64,000 nucleotides of DNA, from positions 3,479 to 67,478 of the forward strand of contig CAISJL010000117.1 of the NCBI GenBank assembly GCA_903885665.1, written 5' to 3'. Both the position numbers and the translations under genes were made by a program. The notes below the pieces were generated by a model, which was not told the origin of the DNA, ran no database searches, and saw only the letters and a list, made by a program, of their open reading frames with translations. This document shows positions 38,660 through 47,753 of the stretch, in pieces (the stretch's first letter is position 1; each line of letters begins with the position of its first letter). The DNA is from an uncultured beta proteobacterium (GTDB taxonomy: Bacteria > Pseudomonadota > Gammaproteobacteria > Burkholderiales > SG8-41).

Positions 38660-39601
38660 TCACTTAATAATTTTTTCCAATGAATTCATGAAGATAGCGG
38701 CAACGTTACAGCCGGTCTGCGTGGTGATTTCTTGGAAGCAGGTAGGGCTGGTGACGTTCACTTCTGTGAGGTAATCACCGATCACATCGAGCCCAACGAG
38801 CAGTAGTCCGGCGGCGATGAGCTGTGGTCCCAGGGCTTCGGCAATTTGTCGCTCACGGGCGTTGAGCGCTTGGGCTACACCAGTACCGCCAGCCGCCAAG
38901 TTGCCGCGAGTCTCACCGGCTTTGGGGATTCGCGCTAGGCAGTAAGGCACGGGCTCGCCCCCGATCACTAAGACGCGTTTGTCGCCGGCGCTGATTGCGG
39001 GGATATAGCGTTGCGCCATGATGGTGCGCTGACCGTGTGCAGTCAGCGTCTCGAGGATGACGTTGCGATTGGGGTCAGTGGCACCCACTCGGAATATCGA
39101 CGCGCCGCCCATGCCGTCTAGGGGCTTTAAGATGACATCAGTATGGCTGTCGATAAAGTCTTGCAACCAGTCGAGCTTGCGGGTGACCAAAGAGGGCGCA
39201 GTAAATTCGGCAAAACGCGCAATGGCCATTTTTTCGTTGTAATCACGGATGGCTTGCGGTCGATTGAAAATGCGCGCGCCCCCGCGCTCAGCCAATTCCA
39301 GCAAATAAGTGCTGTAGATATATTCCATATCAAAGGGCGGGTCTTTACGCATGATAACCGCATCAAAGTCGCTTAAGACGATGGTGGTGGCAGGTTGCAG
39401 GTGAAACCAATCGGGGGTGCTGCCCGTGAGTTGTAGTTCGGCTGCGTGTGCGCTGACTTGGTGTTTATGCCAGGCCAAATCGTCTTGTTGGAATGCGTAG
39501 AGGGTGTGGCCGCGTGCTGCGGCTTCAACCATCATGGCGTAAGTAGTGTCTTTTTTGAGATTAAAGCTCGCGAGCGGGTCGACAATAAAGGCAAGCTTCA
39601 T
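38660..39601 (-). CDS. gshB: Glutathione synthetase
   Basis: MRKDPPFDMEY, KPLDGMGG, GDKRV, RGNLAAGG, EVNVTSPT. Confidence 0.97.
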   Translation of the reverse strand: MKLAFIVDPLASFNLKKDTTYAMMVEAAARGHTLYAFQQDDLAWHKHQVSAHAAELQLTGSTPDWFHLQPATTIVLSDFDAVIMRKDPPFDMEYIYSTYLLELAERGGARIFNRPQAIRDYNEKMAIARFAEFTAPSLVTRKLDWLQDFIDSHTDVILKPLDGMGGASIFRVGATDPNRNVILETLTAHGQRTIMAQRYIPAISAGDKRVLVIGGEPVPYCLARIPKAGETRGNLAAGGTGVAQALNARERQIAEALGPQLIAAGLLLVGLDVIGDYLTEVNVTSPTCFQEITTQTGCNVAAIFMNSLEKIIK

Positions 39602-40869
39602 GGCGCCATCCGTTCAATTTCAATCGCTGCAGCCAGCAAGGCCAGGCGGGCAATCACGCCATAGGCATAGAAACGATTGGGTGGACAGCCAGGGTCTAGT
39701 GGGTTGGGTGAGGAGCAGGGTTCGGCAAAGGCCAAGGGCGAGAATTGCATGCCAGGGGCGTTCAAGTTTTGGTCGGTGCCACGACCGCCGTGTACCCGAT
39801 AAAATCCACCCACCACAAAGTGATCGATCATATAGACCACGGGCTCGGCTACCGCCTCTCCTACGGTTTCAAAAGAATACACACCTTCTTGCACAATCAC
39901 ATCTTGCACTGATAAGCCTTCTTTGACGACCGCCATTTTGTTTCGTTGCTTACGGTTTAAGCCTTTGACTTCACTGGGGTCTTTCACCGTCATGATGCCC
40001 ATGCCGTAGGTGCCGGCGTCGGCTTTCACAATGACAAATGGTTCTTCCTTAATGCCATATTCAGTATATTTCTGACGAATGTCGGTGAGGATTTCAGAGA
40101 CATAGCCCTCAAGACAGGCTTCGCCTTGGCGGGTTTGAAAGTCGATTTTGCCGCACTTTTCAAAATACGGATTAATCACCCAAGGGTCTATGCTCAACAG
40201 GCTTGCAAAATCCTTGACCACTTCGTTGTAGGCGGCAAAATGATTTGACTTGCGGCGAGCATACCAACCGGTATGAATTGGTGGGAGTACGGTTTGCTCG
40301 AGATTCTCTAAGATTGCAGGCACCCCGCCTGATAAATCATTGTTCAGTAAGACCACGCAGGGGTCGCAATCCCCAACCAAAAGACGGTTACCGACGCGGC
40401 GAAGTGGCTCAAGTAGTAGGGTTTGACCATTGGGTAACTCAAATGCTGTCGGAGTCGTGATTTCAGGCAACAGACTGCCGATGCGCACCTCGACGCCAGC
40501 GTGGCGCAAGATCGCAGCCAGTTGCGCGACATTTTGTAAATAGAACAGATTCCGAGTGTGGTTCTCTGGGACCAGTACGATCCGATGGGCATCGGGACAG
40601 GCTTTTTCGATGGCAATCATCGCCGCTTGCACGCACAGTGGATGGAAGTCGGGGTTAAGATTATTAAAGCCGCCGGGGAATAAGTTAGTGTCGACTGGGG
40701 CGAGCTTGAAGCCGGCGTTACGTAAGTCGACCGAGGCGTAGAACGGCGTGGAATGCTCTTGCCATTGGCTACGTAGCCAATGCTCGATATCGGGCATGGC
40801 GTGGAGGATTTGGCGCTCGAGCTCTTGGATCGGGCCAGTCAGGGCGGTAGTGAGTCTAGGGACAGTCAT
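39598..40869 (-). CDS. gshA: Glutamate-cysteine ligase (betaproteobacterial type)
   Basis: FYASVDLRNAGFKLAPVDTNLFPGGFNNL, KADAGTYGMG, NLNAPG. Confidence 0.94.
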   Translation of the reverse strand: MTVPRLTTALTGPIQELERQILHAMPDIEHWLRSQWQEHSTPFYASVDLRNAGFKLAPVDTNLFPGGFNNLNPDFHPLCVQAAMIAIEKACPDAHRIVLVPENHTRNLFYLQNVAQLAAILRHAGVEVRIGSLLPEITTPTAFELPNGQTLLLEPLRRVGNRLLVGDCDPCVVLLNNDLSGGVPAILENLEQTVLPPIHTGWYARRKSNHFAAYNEVVKDFASLLSIDPWVINPYFEKCGKIDFQTRQGEACLEGYVSEILTDIRQKYTEYGIKEEPFVIVKADAGTYGMGIMTVKDPSEVKGLNRKQRNKMAVVKEGLSVQDVIVQEGVYSFETVGEAVAEPVVYMIDHFVVGGFYRVHGGRGTDQNLNAPGMQFSPLAFAEPCSSPNPLDPGCPPNRFYAYGVIARLALLAAAIEIERMAP

Positions 40870-40942
40870 AGACCCGGATTGTAGCTGATCTTGGGCCGCG
40901 CGCTGTGACTGATGATGTAGTGGCTACTGTCATCAAACGGTC

Positions 40943-40969
40943 AAAAAAAGCGGGCGCCGAGGCGCCCGC
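40943..40969 (-). terminator. Intrinsic terminator after amtB
   Basis: Minus strand GCGGGCGCC-tc-GGCGCCCGC-TTTTTTT (terminal pairs likely open into a 4-nt loop). Confidence 0.85.
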
Positions 40970-41118
40970 AAAGCTCTGAGGAAATACCAATGCAATCAAC
41001 AAGTTACCAGTTTAAGTCAGCGTTAAGGAGGCTACACTCGAGAACGCTGACCGCTACCGTTTACTACGCATACCACTACAACAAAATACTGCAACTACTG
41101 AGAACTGCGGCACAACGC

Positions 41119-42594
41119 TTACAGGTGATAGGCTTTCTCACCATGTTCGTTGATGTCCAGGCCTTCGCGTTCAACTTCTTCAGGAACCCGTAATCCAACC
41201 ATGGCATCGACAATCTTGTAAGCAATCAGTGCCACTACACCAGACCAGACTAAGGCAACGCCTACTGCCCAGCTCTGTGCAATGACTTGGGTCGCCATGT
41301 CAAAGTCAGCGACTTTGTTAGCAACATAGTCGTAGACGCCAGTGCCACCGAGTTCAGGGGAGACAAACACACCGGTGAGGATGGAGCCTAAGATGCCGCC
41401 AACCGCATGCACACCAAACACATCGAGTGCGTCATCGGCACCGAGTAGGCGCTTCAGACCATTCACACCCCAGAGGCAGACCACACCTGCGCTCAAGCCG
41501 ATGATGATGCCACCCATGGGGCCGACAAAACCGCAAGCTGGGGTAATAGCCACTAATCCAGCGACTGAACCAGAGGCTGCACCCAGCATGGAAGGCTTGC
41601 CTTTGATCAACCACTCAAACACCATCCACGATACTGCAGCAGCAGCGGTAGCGAGCAAGGTATTGACTAGGGCCAGGGTTGCAGTGCCAGTGGCTTCGAG
41701 GTTAGAGCCGGCGTTAAATCCAAACCAACCCACCCACAACAAGGCCGCACCCACCATGGTTAAGGTCAGGCTGTGTGGTGTCATCGGCTCTTTGCCGTAA
41801 CCAACCCGCTTACCCACCAAGTAGGCACCGATCAAGCCTGCGATACCGGCGTTGATGTGCACCACCGTGCCACCAGCGAAGTCGAGCGCACCTTTTGCCC
41901 ACAAGAAACCTGCAGCAGCGGTGACTTTCTCAAGTGAAGCGGCATCTGTGATCGCATCGGGACCGTCCCAATACCAAACCATGTGTGCCATGGGCAAGTA
42001 GGAGAACGTGAACCAGATCAAGATGAACAGCAACACCGCAGAGAAGCGCATCCGCTCGGCAAACGCACCCACAATCAAAGCGGGGGTAATGCCAGCAAAC
42101 GTTGCTTGGAAGGCAAAGAATACATACTCAGGAATCACAACCCCTTTACTAAAGGTAGCACTCACCGAGTCGGGTGTGATACCAAGCAGGAACAGTTTCT
42201 CCAAGCCACCAATAAAGGTGCCGGCACTGCCAAAGGCTAAGGTGTAACCATAAATCGCCCACAGCACGATACACATCGAGAACACGACGTAGACCTGCAT
42301 CAGCACGGATAGGGTATTTTTGGCGCGTACCATGCCGCCGTAGAATAAAGCGAGTCCAGGCACGGTCATTAGAATGACCAAGACTGTAGACACCATCATC
42401 CAAGCGGTATCCCCTTTATTAGGGGTTGGGCCAGGGGCCGCAGCCGGTGCGGCAGCCGGTGCTGCAGCTGGGGCAGCGGTTACAGCAGCCGCAGGATCAG
42501 CGGCTTTGTCTTGTGCGAAGGTGGGGGTTCCGAATAGCAGGAACGCACTACACAACGCGAGTATGGCACAAAAAGTTTTCATGAGAGTCTCCAA
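41119..42594 (-). CDS. amtB: Ammonium transporter
   Basis: GLALFYGGMVR, FQATFA, DFAGGTVVHINAG, WFGFNAGS, DVFGVH; Ala/Pro-repeat linker after the signal peptide. Confidence 0.97.
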   Translation of the reverse strand: METLMKTFCAILALCSAFLLFGTPTFAQDKAADPAAAVTAAPAAAPAAAPAAAPGPTPNKGDTAWMMVSTVLVILMTVPGLALFYGGMVRAKNTLSVLMQVYVVFSMCIVLWAIYGYTLAFGSAGTFIGGLEKLFLLGITPDSVSATFSKGVVIPEYVFFAFQATFAGITPALIVGAFAERMRFSAVLLFILIWFTFSYLPMAHMVWYWDGPDAITDAASLEKVTAAAGFLWAKGALDFAGGTVVHINAGIAGLIGAYLVGKRVGYGKEPMTPHSLTLTMVGAALLWVGWFGFNAGSNLEATGTATLALVNTLLATAAAAVSWMVFEWLIKGKPSMLGAASGSVAGLVAITPACGFVGPMGGIIIGLSAGVVCLWGVNGLKRLLGADDALDVFGVHAVGGILGSILTGVFVSPELGGTGVYDYVANKVADFDMATQVIAQSWAVGVALVWSGVVALIAYKIVDAMVGLRVPEEVEREGLDINEHGEKAYHL

Positions 42595-42984
<390 letters not shown>

Positions 42985-42992
42985 TCAAAAAG

Positions 42993-43802
42993 TTAAAAGG
43001 TTTTTGAAACGTATACTGTGTAAGCTTCTTTACCTAACATGAAACTATCTGATGAGTTAGTGTAGAAGGATTTTCTTGCATCCGATTTAATATCCGTCGT
43101 GGTGTAATACGCGCCAATACTAAAGTCCTTAGGCAATGTGTAAGTCACGCCGAGCTTGTAGTCTTGGTAGGATGCTTGGGAATCATTGGAGTATCCGCTA
43201 ACTGCACCGCTTGTACCTTGAAACTTTTGATTACCCCAGTGCGCAATTAAGTTAACGCTATCAGTCACAGGCACTGTGGCCGTCACGTCTAGGTAATAAC
43301 TGCCGCTACTGTTGCTTACGCCAAAAGTGTTGTTGGTAATGCTTTGTGAATACTTAGCGCTCAAAAACTTCCAGCTTAATGCAGCATAGGCTTCTAGGGT
43401 ATCTGCTTTATTCAGAGGCGCAACGCGCGTATAAGTTCCTGGATAGTAATATTGTAAGAGGCCAACATCATAGCCAACATCACCACCTAGTGAGCCTTTG
43501 TAGCCGCCATAGAAGTCCATCTCTAGCGCGCTGCTTTTGTAACCAGTTACTGTTGGGCTGTCAGACAACCAACTGATGTTGGACATCCAAGTGCCTGCAT
43601 ATAAACCACTAGCGTGCGCATAGTCAAAACCGCCTTGTAGGGCTGGGTTTTTGTTGGTTTGGGTTAAGCCACGGAAAATGTATTGGCTGTAGACACCAAC
43701 GTTACCGGTGAGCGTGTGCTCAGGCGTAGGGGCATCGGCTGCCATCGCTGCGGATGCGAACGCGCCTGTTATGAGTCCGGCGATTAGGGTTTTTTTAAAC
43801 AT
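42993..43802 (-). CDS. TorF family putative porin (TIGR02001-like)
   Basis: Signal peptide, SQYIFRGLTQT, PALQGGFDY, EMDFYGGY, terminal SKTF. Confidence 0.85.
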   Translation of the reverse strand: MFKKTLIAGLITGAFASAAMAADAPTPEHTLTGNVGVYSQYIFRGLTQTNKNPALQGGFDYAHASGLYAGTWMSNISWLSDSPTVTGYKSSALEMDFYGGYKGSLGGDVGYDVGLLQYYYPGTYTRVAPLNKADTLEAYAALSWKFLSAKYSQSITNNTFGVSNSSGSYYLDVTATVPVTDSVNLIAHWGNQKFQGTSGAVSGYSNDSQASYQDYKLGVTYTLPKDFSIGAYYTTTDIKSDARKSFYTNSSDSFMLGKEAYTVYVSKTF

Positions 43803-43855
43803 GGAATTTCCTTTTAGTAATGACAAAATGTTTAACAGAACTGCAATGAACTTAC

Positions 43856-43871
43856 AGCAGATACCGTGCCA
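43856..43871 (-). promoter_or_regulatory. Sigma54 (-24/-12) promoter for porin-glnK-amtB
   Basis: Minus strand TGGCAC-GGTAT-CTGCT vs consensus TGGCAC-N5-TTGCW. Confidence 0.8.
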
Positions 43872-43888
43872 GATATAAAACCATTAAA

Positions 43889-43901
43889 AATCAATGGCTT
43901 A
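43889..43901 (+). promoter_or_regulatory. IHF site between the enhancer and the sigma54 promoter
   Basis: AATCAA-TGGC-TTA matches WATCAA-N4-TTR. Confidence 0.65.
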
Positions 43902-43931
43902 TATTTTTTGCTGATGACAGAGGCGGTGATA

Positions 43932-43979
43932 TGCTCCATCACGGTGCACTGAGCACGACGATTGCACCATAATTTTGCA
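43932..43979. promoter_or_regulatory. Two NtrC-type enhancer sites
   Basis: TGCTCCATCACGGTGCA (43932-43948) and TGCACCATAATTTTGCA (43963-43979) vs TGCACCA-N3-TGGTGCA; 31 bp apart. Confidence 0.75.
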
Positions 43980-44146
43980 CAATATTGATCAAGGGCGCCA
44001 GTTTGATAGTGATTAAATTGAACCGATGCTGTTTTGAGTGTATCTAAAATGTAACTGCGGTAACAGTGACGCTGTGGAGTGGTCCTTGTTACACTGCACG
44101 GTCGATAGGGCGCGTGGTGTGTCTTAAATAAGCGAGGCTAGAGGGT

Positions 44147-44389
44147 ATGATGAATCAGCAATTATTCACCGAATTGAATGAGAAATTGAAGTCGGTTATG
44201 GCGCAAGGCCCAATGGCTGATTTTGATCGGAATGTGCGGGCAGCCATAGGCAGCGTGTTAGGACGCCTAGAGTTGGTGACCCGCGAGGAATTTGATATTC
44301 AGCGTGAGCTCTTGCAACGCACCCAGCAACAATTGGTGGCCCTAGAGCGCAAAGTCAGCGAACTGGAGCAAGCACGCAAGAGTGCCTAG
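44147..44389 (+). CDS. ubiK: Ubiquinone biosynthesis accessory factor UbiK (YqiC/BMFP)
   Basis: LELVTREEFDIQRELLQRT, C-terminal coiled coil. Confidence 0.88.
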   Translation: MMNQQLFTELNEKLKSVMAQGPMADFDRNVRAAIGSVLGRLELVTREEFDIQRELLQRTQQQLVALERKVSELEQARKSA

Positions 44390-44418
44390 GCGCGTGCTGA
44401 TGTTGAGAAAGCCTGGTT

Positions 44419-45915
44419 GTGGCGACAGCTGTTTTATATAGCCGCGCACTCGCGGGTATGCATGCCCCTTTGGTGACGGTGGAGGTGCATCTCGCCAATG
44501 GCTTGCCGGCGCTTAATATGGTGGGTCTGCCCGAGGCCGAGGTCAAAGAGGCCAAGGATCGGGTGCGCGCTGCGCTCCAAAATGCTGGGTTTGAGTTTCC
44601 GAATCGCCGGATCACGGTAAATTTAGCCCCTGCTGATTTACCCAAGGAGTCTGGGCGCTTTGATTTGCCGATTGCCGTGGGTATTTTAGCGGCGTCGGGG
44701 CAAGTGCCGATGACGCGTCTTGGAGCTTATGAATTTGCTGGCGAGTTGGCGCTGACCGGTGAGTTGCGACCGGTGCGTGGCGCGTTGGCGATGGCGCTAG
44801 CGGTGGCCGGTGAGGGGCGAGCGTTTATCCTGCCTGCGGCCAGTGCGCCAGAGGCGGCCTTAGCCGTCAATGCCGAGGTCTATGCTGCCCCGCATTTAAT
44901 GGCGGTATGCGCGCATATTGCCGCGGGTGAAGGTCTAGCGCTGACCCCGCCCACAGATACTGTGACAGCGGTTGATTACCCCGATTTGGCAGACGTGCGC
45001 GGTCAGGCGCAGGCGCGCCGCGTACTCGAGATTGCTGCCGCCGGTGGTCATAGCCTGTTATTTATCGGGCCGCCGGGCACGGGTAAGACTTTGTTGGCAC
45101 AGCGCCTGCCCGGAATTTTGCCGCCGATGACGACAGCTGAGGCGACAGCGGCCGCCGCTATTCAGTCGATTGGGTCTCAGGGTTTTGATCCCCGATGCTG
45201 GCGCCGCCGGCCGTTTCGCGCACCCCATCACACTGCCTCTGCGGTGGCTTTGGTGGGGGGGGGTAGTCAACCCCGCCCGGGCGAGATTTCGATGGCGCTC
45301 CATGGCGTGTTATTTCTGGATGAGTTGCCGGAGTTTGAGCGGCGTGTCTTAGAGGTCTTGCGTGAACCTTTAGAGTCGGGCCGGATTACGGTGTCACGCG
45401 CTGCCCGGCAAGTAGATTTTCCTGCGCAATTTCAATTAGTTGCGGCCATGAATCCGTGTCCTTGTGGTTATTTAGGGCACTATAACGGGCGGTGTCGTTG
45501 CACCCCAGATCAGGTGGCTCGCTATCGTGGCAAGATTTCCGGACCATTGCTGGATCGGATTGATTTGCAACTCGAAGTGCCGGCATTGGCAGCAACTGAG
45601 TTAAGCGGGGTGGCAGTGGCCGAGGATTCGGCGACAGTGCGGGCGCGGGTGGCGGTTGCGCGCGCGCGTGCGCTGGCGCGTCAGGATAAGCCCAATCATC
45701 TCATCGCCAGTGGCGAGGTGAATACCTTTTGTGCACCAGATGCGCGGGGTGAGGCGTTGTTACAACAAGCACTGACGCGTTTGGGATTGTCTGCGCGTGC
45801 CTACCATCGGTTGTTGCGGGTGGCGCGCACGATTGCTGATTTGTCAGGCACAGCGACAGTGGAGGCCGCCCATATCGCCGAGGCGATCCAATACCGGCGT
45901 ATGGATAGACCATGA
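44419..45915 (+). CDS. comM: YifB/ComM family Mg-chelatase-like AAA+ ATPase
   Basis: ITVNLAPADLPKESGRFDL, GPPGTGKT, PFRAPHH, AAMNPCPCG, LLDRID. Confidence 0.88.
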   Translation: MATAVLYSRALAGMHAPLVTVEVHLANGLPALNMVGLPEAEVKEAKDRVRAALQNAGFEFPNRRITVNLAPADLPKESGRFDLPIAVGILAASGQVPMTRLGAYEFAGELALTGELRPVRGALAMALAVAGEGRAFILPAASAPEAALAVNAEVYAAPHLMAVCAHIAAGEGLALTPPTDTVTAVDYPDLADVRGQAQARRVLEIAAAGGHSLLFIGPPGTGKTLLAQRLPGILPPMTTAEATAAAAIQSIGSQGFDPRCWRRRPFRAPHHTASAVALVGGGSQPRPGEISMALHGVLFLDELPEFERRVLEVLREPLESGRITVSRAARQVDFPAQFQLVAAMNPCPCGYLGHYNGRCRCTPDQVARYRGKISGPLLDRIDLQLEVPALAATELSGVAVAEDSATVRARVAVARARALARQDKPNHLIASGEVNTFCAPDARGEALLQQALTRLGLSARAYHRLLRVARTIADLSGTATVEAAHIAEAIQYRRMDRP

Positions 45916-47135
45916 GTGGTGCGCGTCATCACATGCCGATGGCACTGCCAGCGCTGGCGATGCTATTGGCGGCATTAGCAATGGTCGGGCCATTTACCAT
46001 AGACACTTATTTGCCGGCGTTTCCGTATATTGCGCGTGAGTTGCAAGCGACCCCTGCACAAATGCAGCAAACCTTGAGTGTGTATTTATTCACCCTAGCT
46101 GTGATGACTTTGTTTCACGGTACGGTGTCTGATGCGGTGGGGCGGCGACCGGTGATCTTGGGGAGCCTGTTGGTGTATTTGGTATCAGCCGTTGGCTGTG
46201 CAGTGGCTAGCGATTTTAGTCATTTGTTGGCATGGCGCGCAGTGCAAGGCCTGGCTGCTGGTTCGGGGATTATTGTTGGGCGCGCGATTATTCGCGACAG
46301 CTTAGAGGGGCCGCCCGCCCAGCGCTTGATGTCGGTGGTGACCATGATTTTTGGAATTGCGCCGGCGATCGCTCCAGTCATTGGCGGGTGGTTGCAAGCA
46401 AGTAGTGGTTGGCGGGCGATCTTTTGGTTTTTAGTCGCCTACAGTGGCGTGTTGTGGATGGTCGTCGCCTATCGTTTGCCTGAGACCCACCCTGCCACCA
46501 ACCGTATCCCATTTCGGGCGCGGGTATTGTTCGCAAATTATGGGCGCTTGGCCAGGGATCGGCGCTTGCTGATGTTGTGCACCGTGATTGCGTTTAATTT
46601 TTCAGGGTTTTTTCTGTATGTGGTGTCAGCACCGGCAGTGATCTACCAATTGCTGGGCTTAACCGAACGCGATTTTGCATGGTTGTTTGTGCCAGGGATT
46701 AGTGGGGTGATGGGCGGGGCGTTTTTGTCGGGACGGCTTGCGGATCGGCTAACGCCTGAGCGCACGGTGTTTGTGGGCTATTGCGTGATGGGCACGGCGG
46801 CAACCCTGAATGTGTTCTATTGTAGTGTGTGGCCGCCGGCATTGCCGTGGACGGTGTTGCCAGTGATGCTCTATACCATTGGGATGTCGATGACTATGCC
46901 CAGTGTGTCTTTATTGGCTTTGGATCGGTTTCCGCAATTACGCGGAATGACTTCATCGTATCAAGGCTTTGCGCATAGCTTTATAGCTGGAGTGACTGCC
47001 GGTGTGATCTCACCTTGGGTGTCTGGCAGCGCGTTGGGCTTGGCTTGCACCATGGCCACCTTTGCTGCCCTAGCCGGTGCGTTGTGGTGGGCTTATCGAC
47101 ACCTAGAGAGCGTCGTAGCCATTAAAAATAATTAA
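45912..47135 (+). CDS. Bcr/CflA family multidrug efflux MFS transporter
   Basis: FTIDTYLPAFP, SDAVGRRPV, APAIAPVIGG, WRAIF. Confidence 0.88.
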   Translation: MSGARHHMPMALPALAMLLAALAMVGPFTIDTYLPAFPYIARELQATPAQMQQTLSVYLFTLAVMTLFHGTVSDAVGRRPVILGSLLVYLVSAVGCAVASDFSHLLAWRAVQGLAAGSGIIVGRAIIRDSLEGPPAQRLMSVVTMIFGIAPAIAPVIGGWLQASSGWRAIFWFLVAYSGVLWMVVAYRLPETHPATNRIPFRARVLFANYGRLARDRRLLMLCTVIAFNFSGFFLYVVSAPAVIYQLLGLTERDFAWLFVPGISGVMGGAFLSGRLADRLTPERTVFVGYCVMGTAATLNVFYCSVWPPALPWTVLPVMLYTIGMSMTMPSVSLLALDRFPQLRGMTSSYQGFAHSFIAGVTAGVISPWVSGSALGLACTMATFAALAGALWWAYRHLESVVAIKNN

Positions 47136-47159
47136 ATAAAATCAGATACTTATATACCT

Positions 47160-47546
47160 CTAGCACTGCTCCCAAGGTAGGCCTGCGAAGCGCCAACCGG
47201 ATTGCTCATTGCGATGGTGTTGCTCGTCGAGTTCGCCCTCAAAGCCATGTAAGACGTTATAGATTTGGGTAAAGCCAGCGGCCTCGAGCGCGCGCCCCGC
47301 ATCGAGCGAGCGATTGCCGCTGCGGCAGATAATCACAATTGGGCGATCTACACTGGCGGCTTTTTTGACGTGGGCGACAAAGTGCGGGTTCACATCCCAG
47401 TTCGGGCCGTCGTTCCATGGCACTAAGATGGCACCAACGGGGTGGCCGACAAACAGATATTCCATTTCACTACGACAGTCGATAAACACCGAATTGGGGT
47501 TTTGCTTTAAGAAATCATAGGCAGCTAGGGGTTCTAGATGTTTCAT
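47160..47546 (-). CDS. Rhodanese-like domain protein
   Basis: FIDCRSEME, VGHPVGA, active-site loop ICRSGNRS, YNVLHGFEG. Confidence 0.9.
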   Translation of the reverse strand: MKHLEPLAAYDFLKQNPNSVFIDCRSEMEYLFVGHPVGAILVPWNDGPNWDVNPHFVAHVKKAASVDRPIVIICRSGNRSLDAGRALEAAGFTQIYNVLHGFEGELDEQHHRNEQSGWRFAGLPWEQC

Positions 47547-47753
47547 GGCGACTCGTTTTATTAAAGAATGTTAGCGATTATAAAGGTTGATCTGCTCGCT
47601 TGGGGCATTGGTGCCGGTAATTGCTACCTAGGCTAGGCTAAGCCCATGATAAAATTACGACTTTGATGACGTATGGGCAAGCATCAATGATGCAGCTTGC
47701 GCGCTTCATTTTGTTGCTTAACTTAAATAGAGCGCCTCTTGCGCCCCCTAGGT

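Noticed and set aside
40980-41193. 67-aa ORF / low-complexity ACT-rich stretch after amtB
   Set aside because: Overlaps amtB antisense and its 3' UTR; no period or motif I could define.
42440-42482. 12-bp repeats encoding AAPA in AmtB
   Set aside because: Ordinary Ala/Pro linker after the signal peptide.
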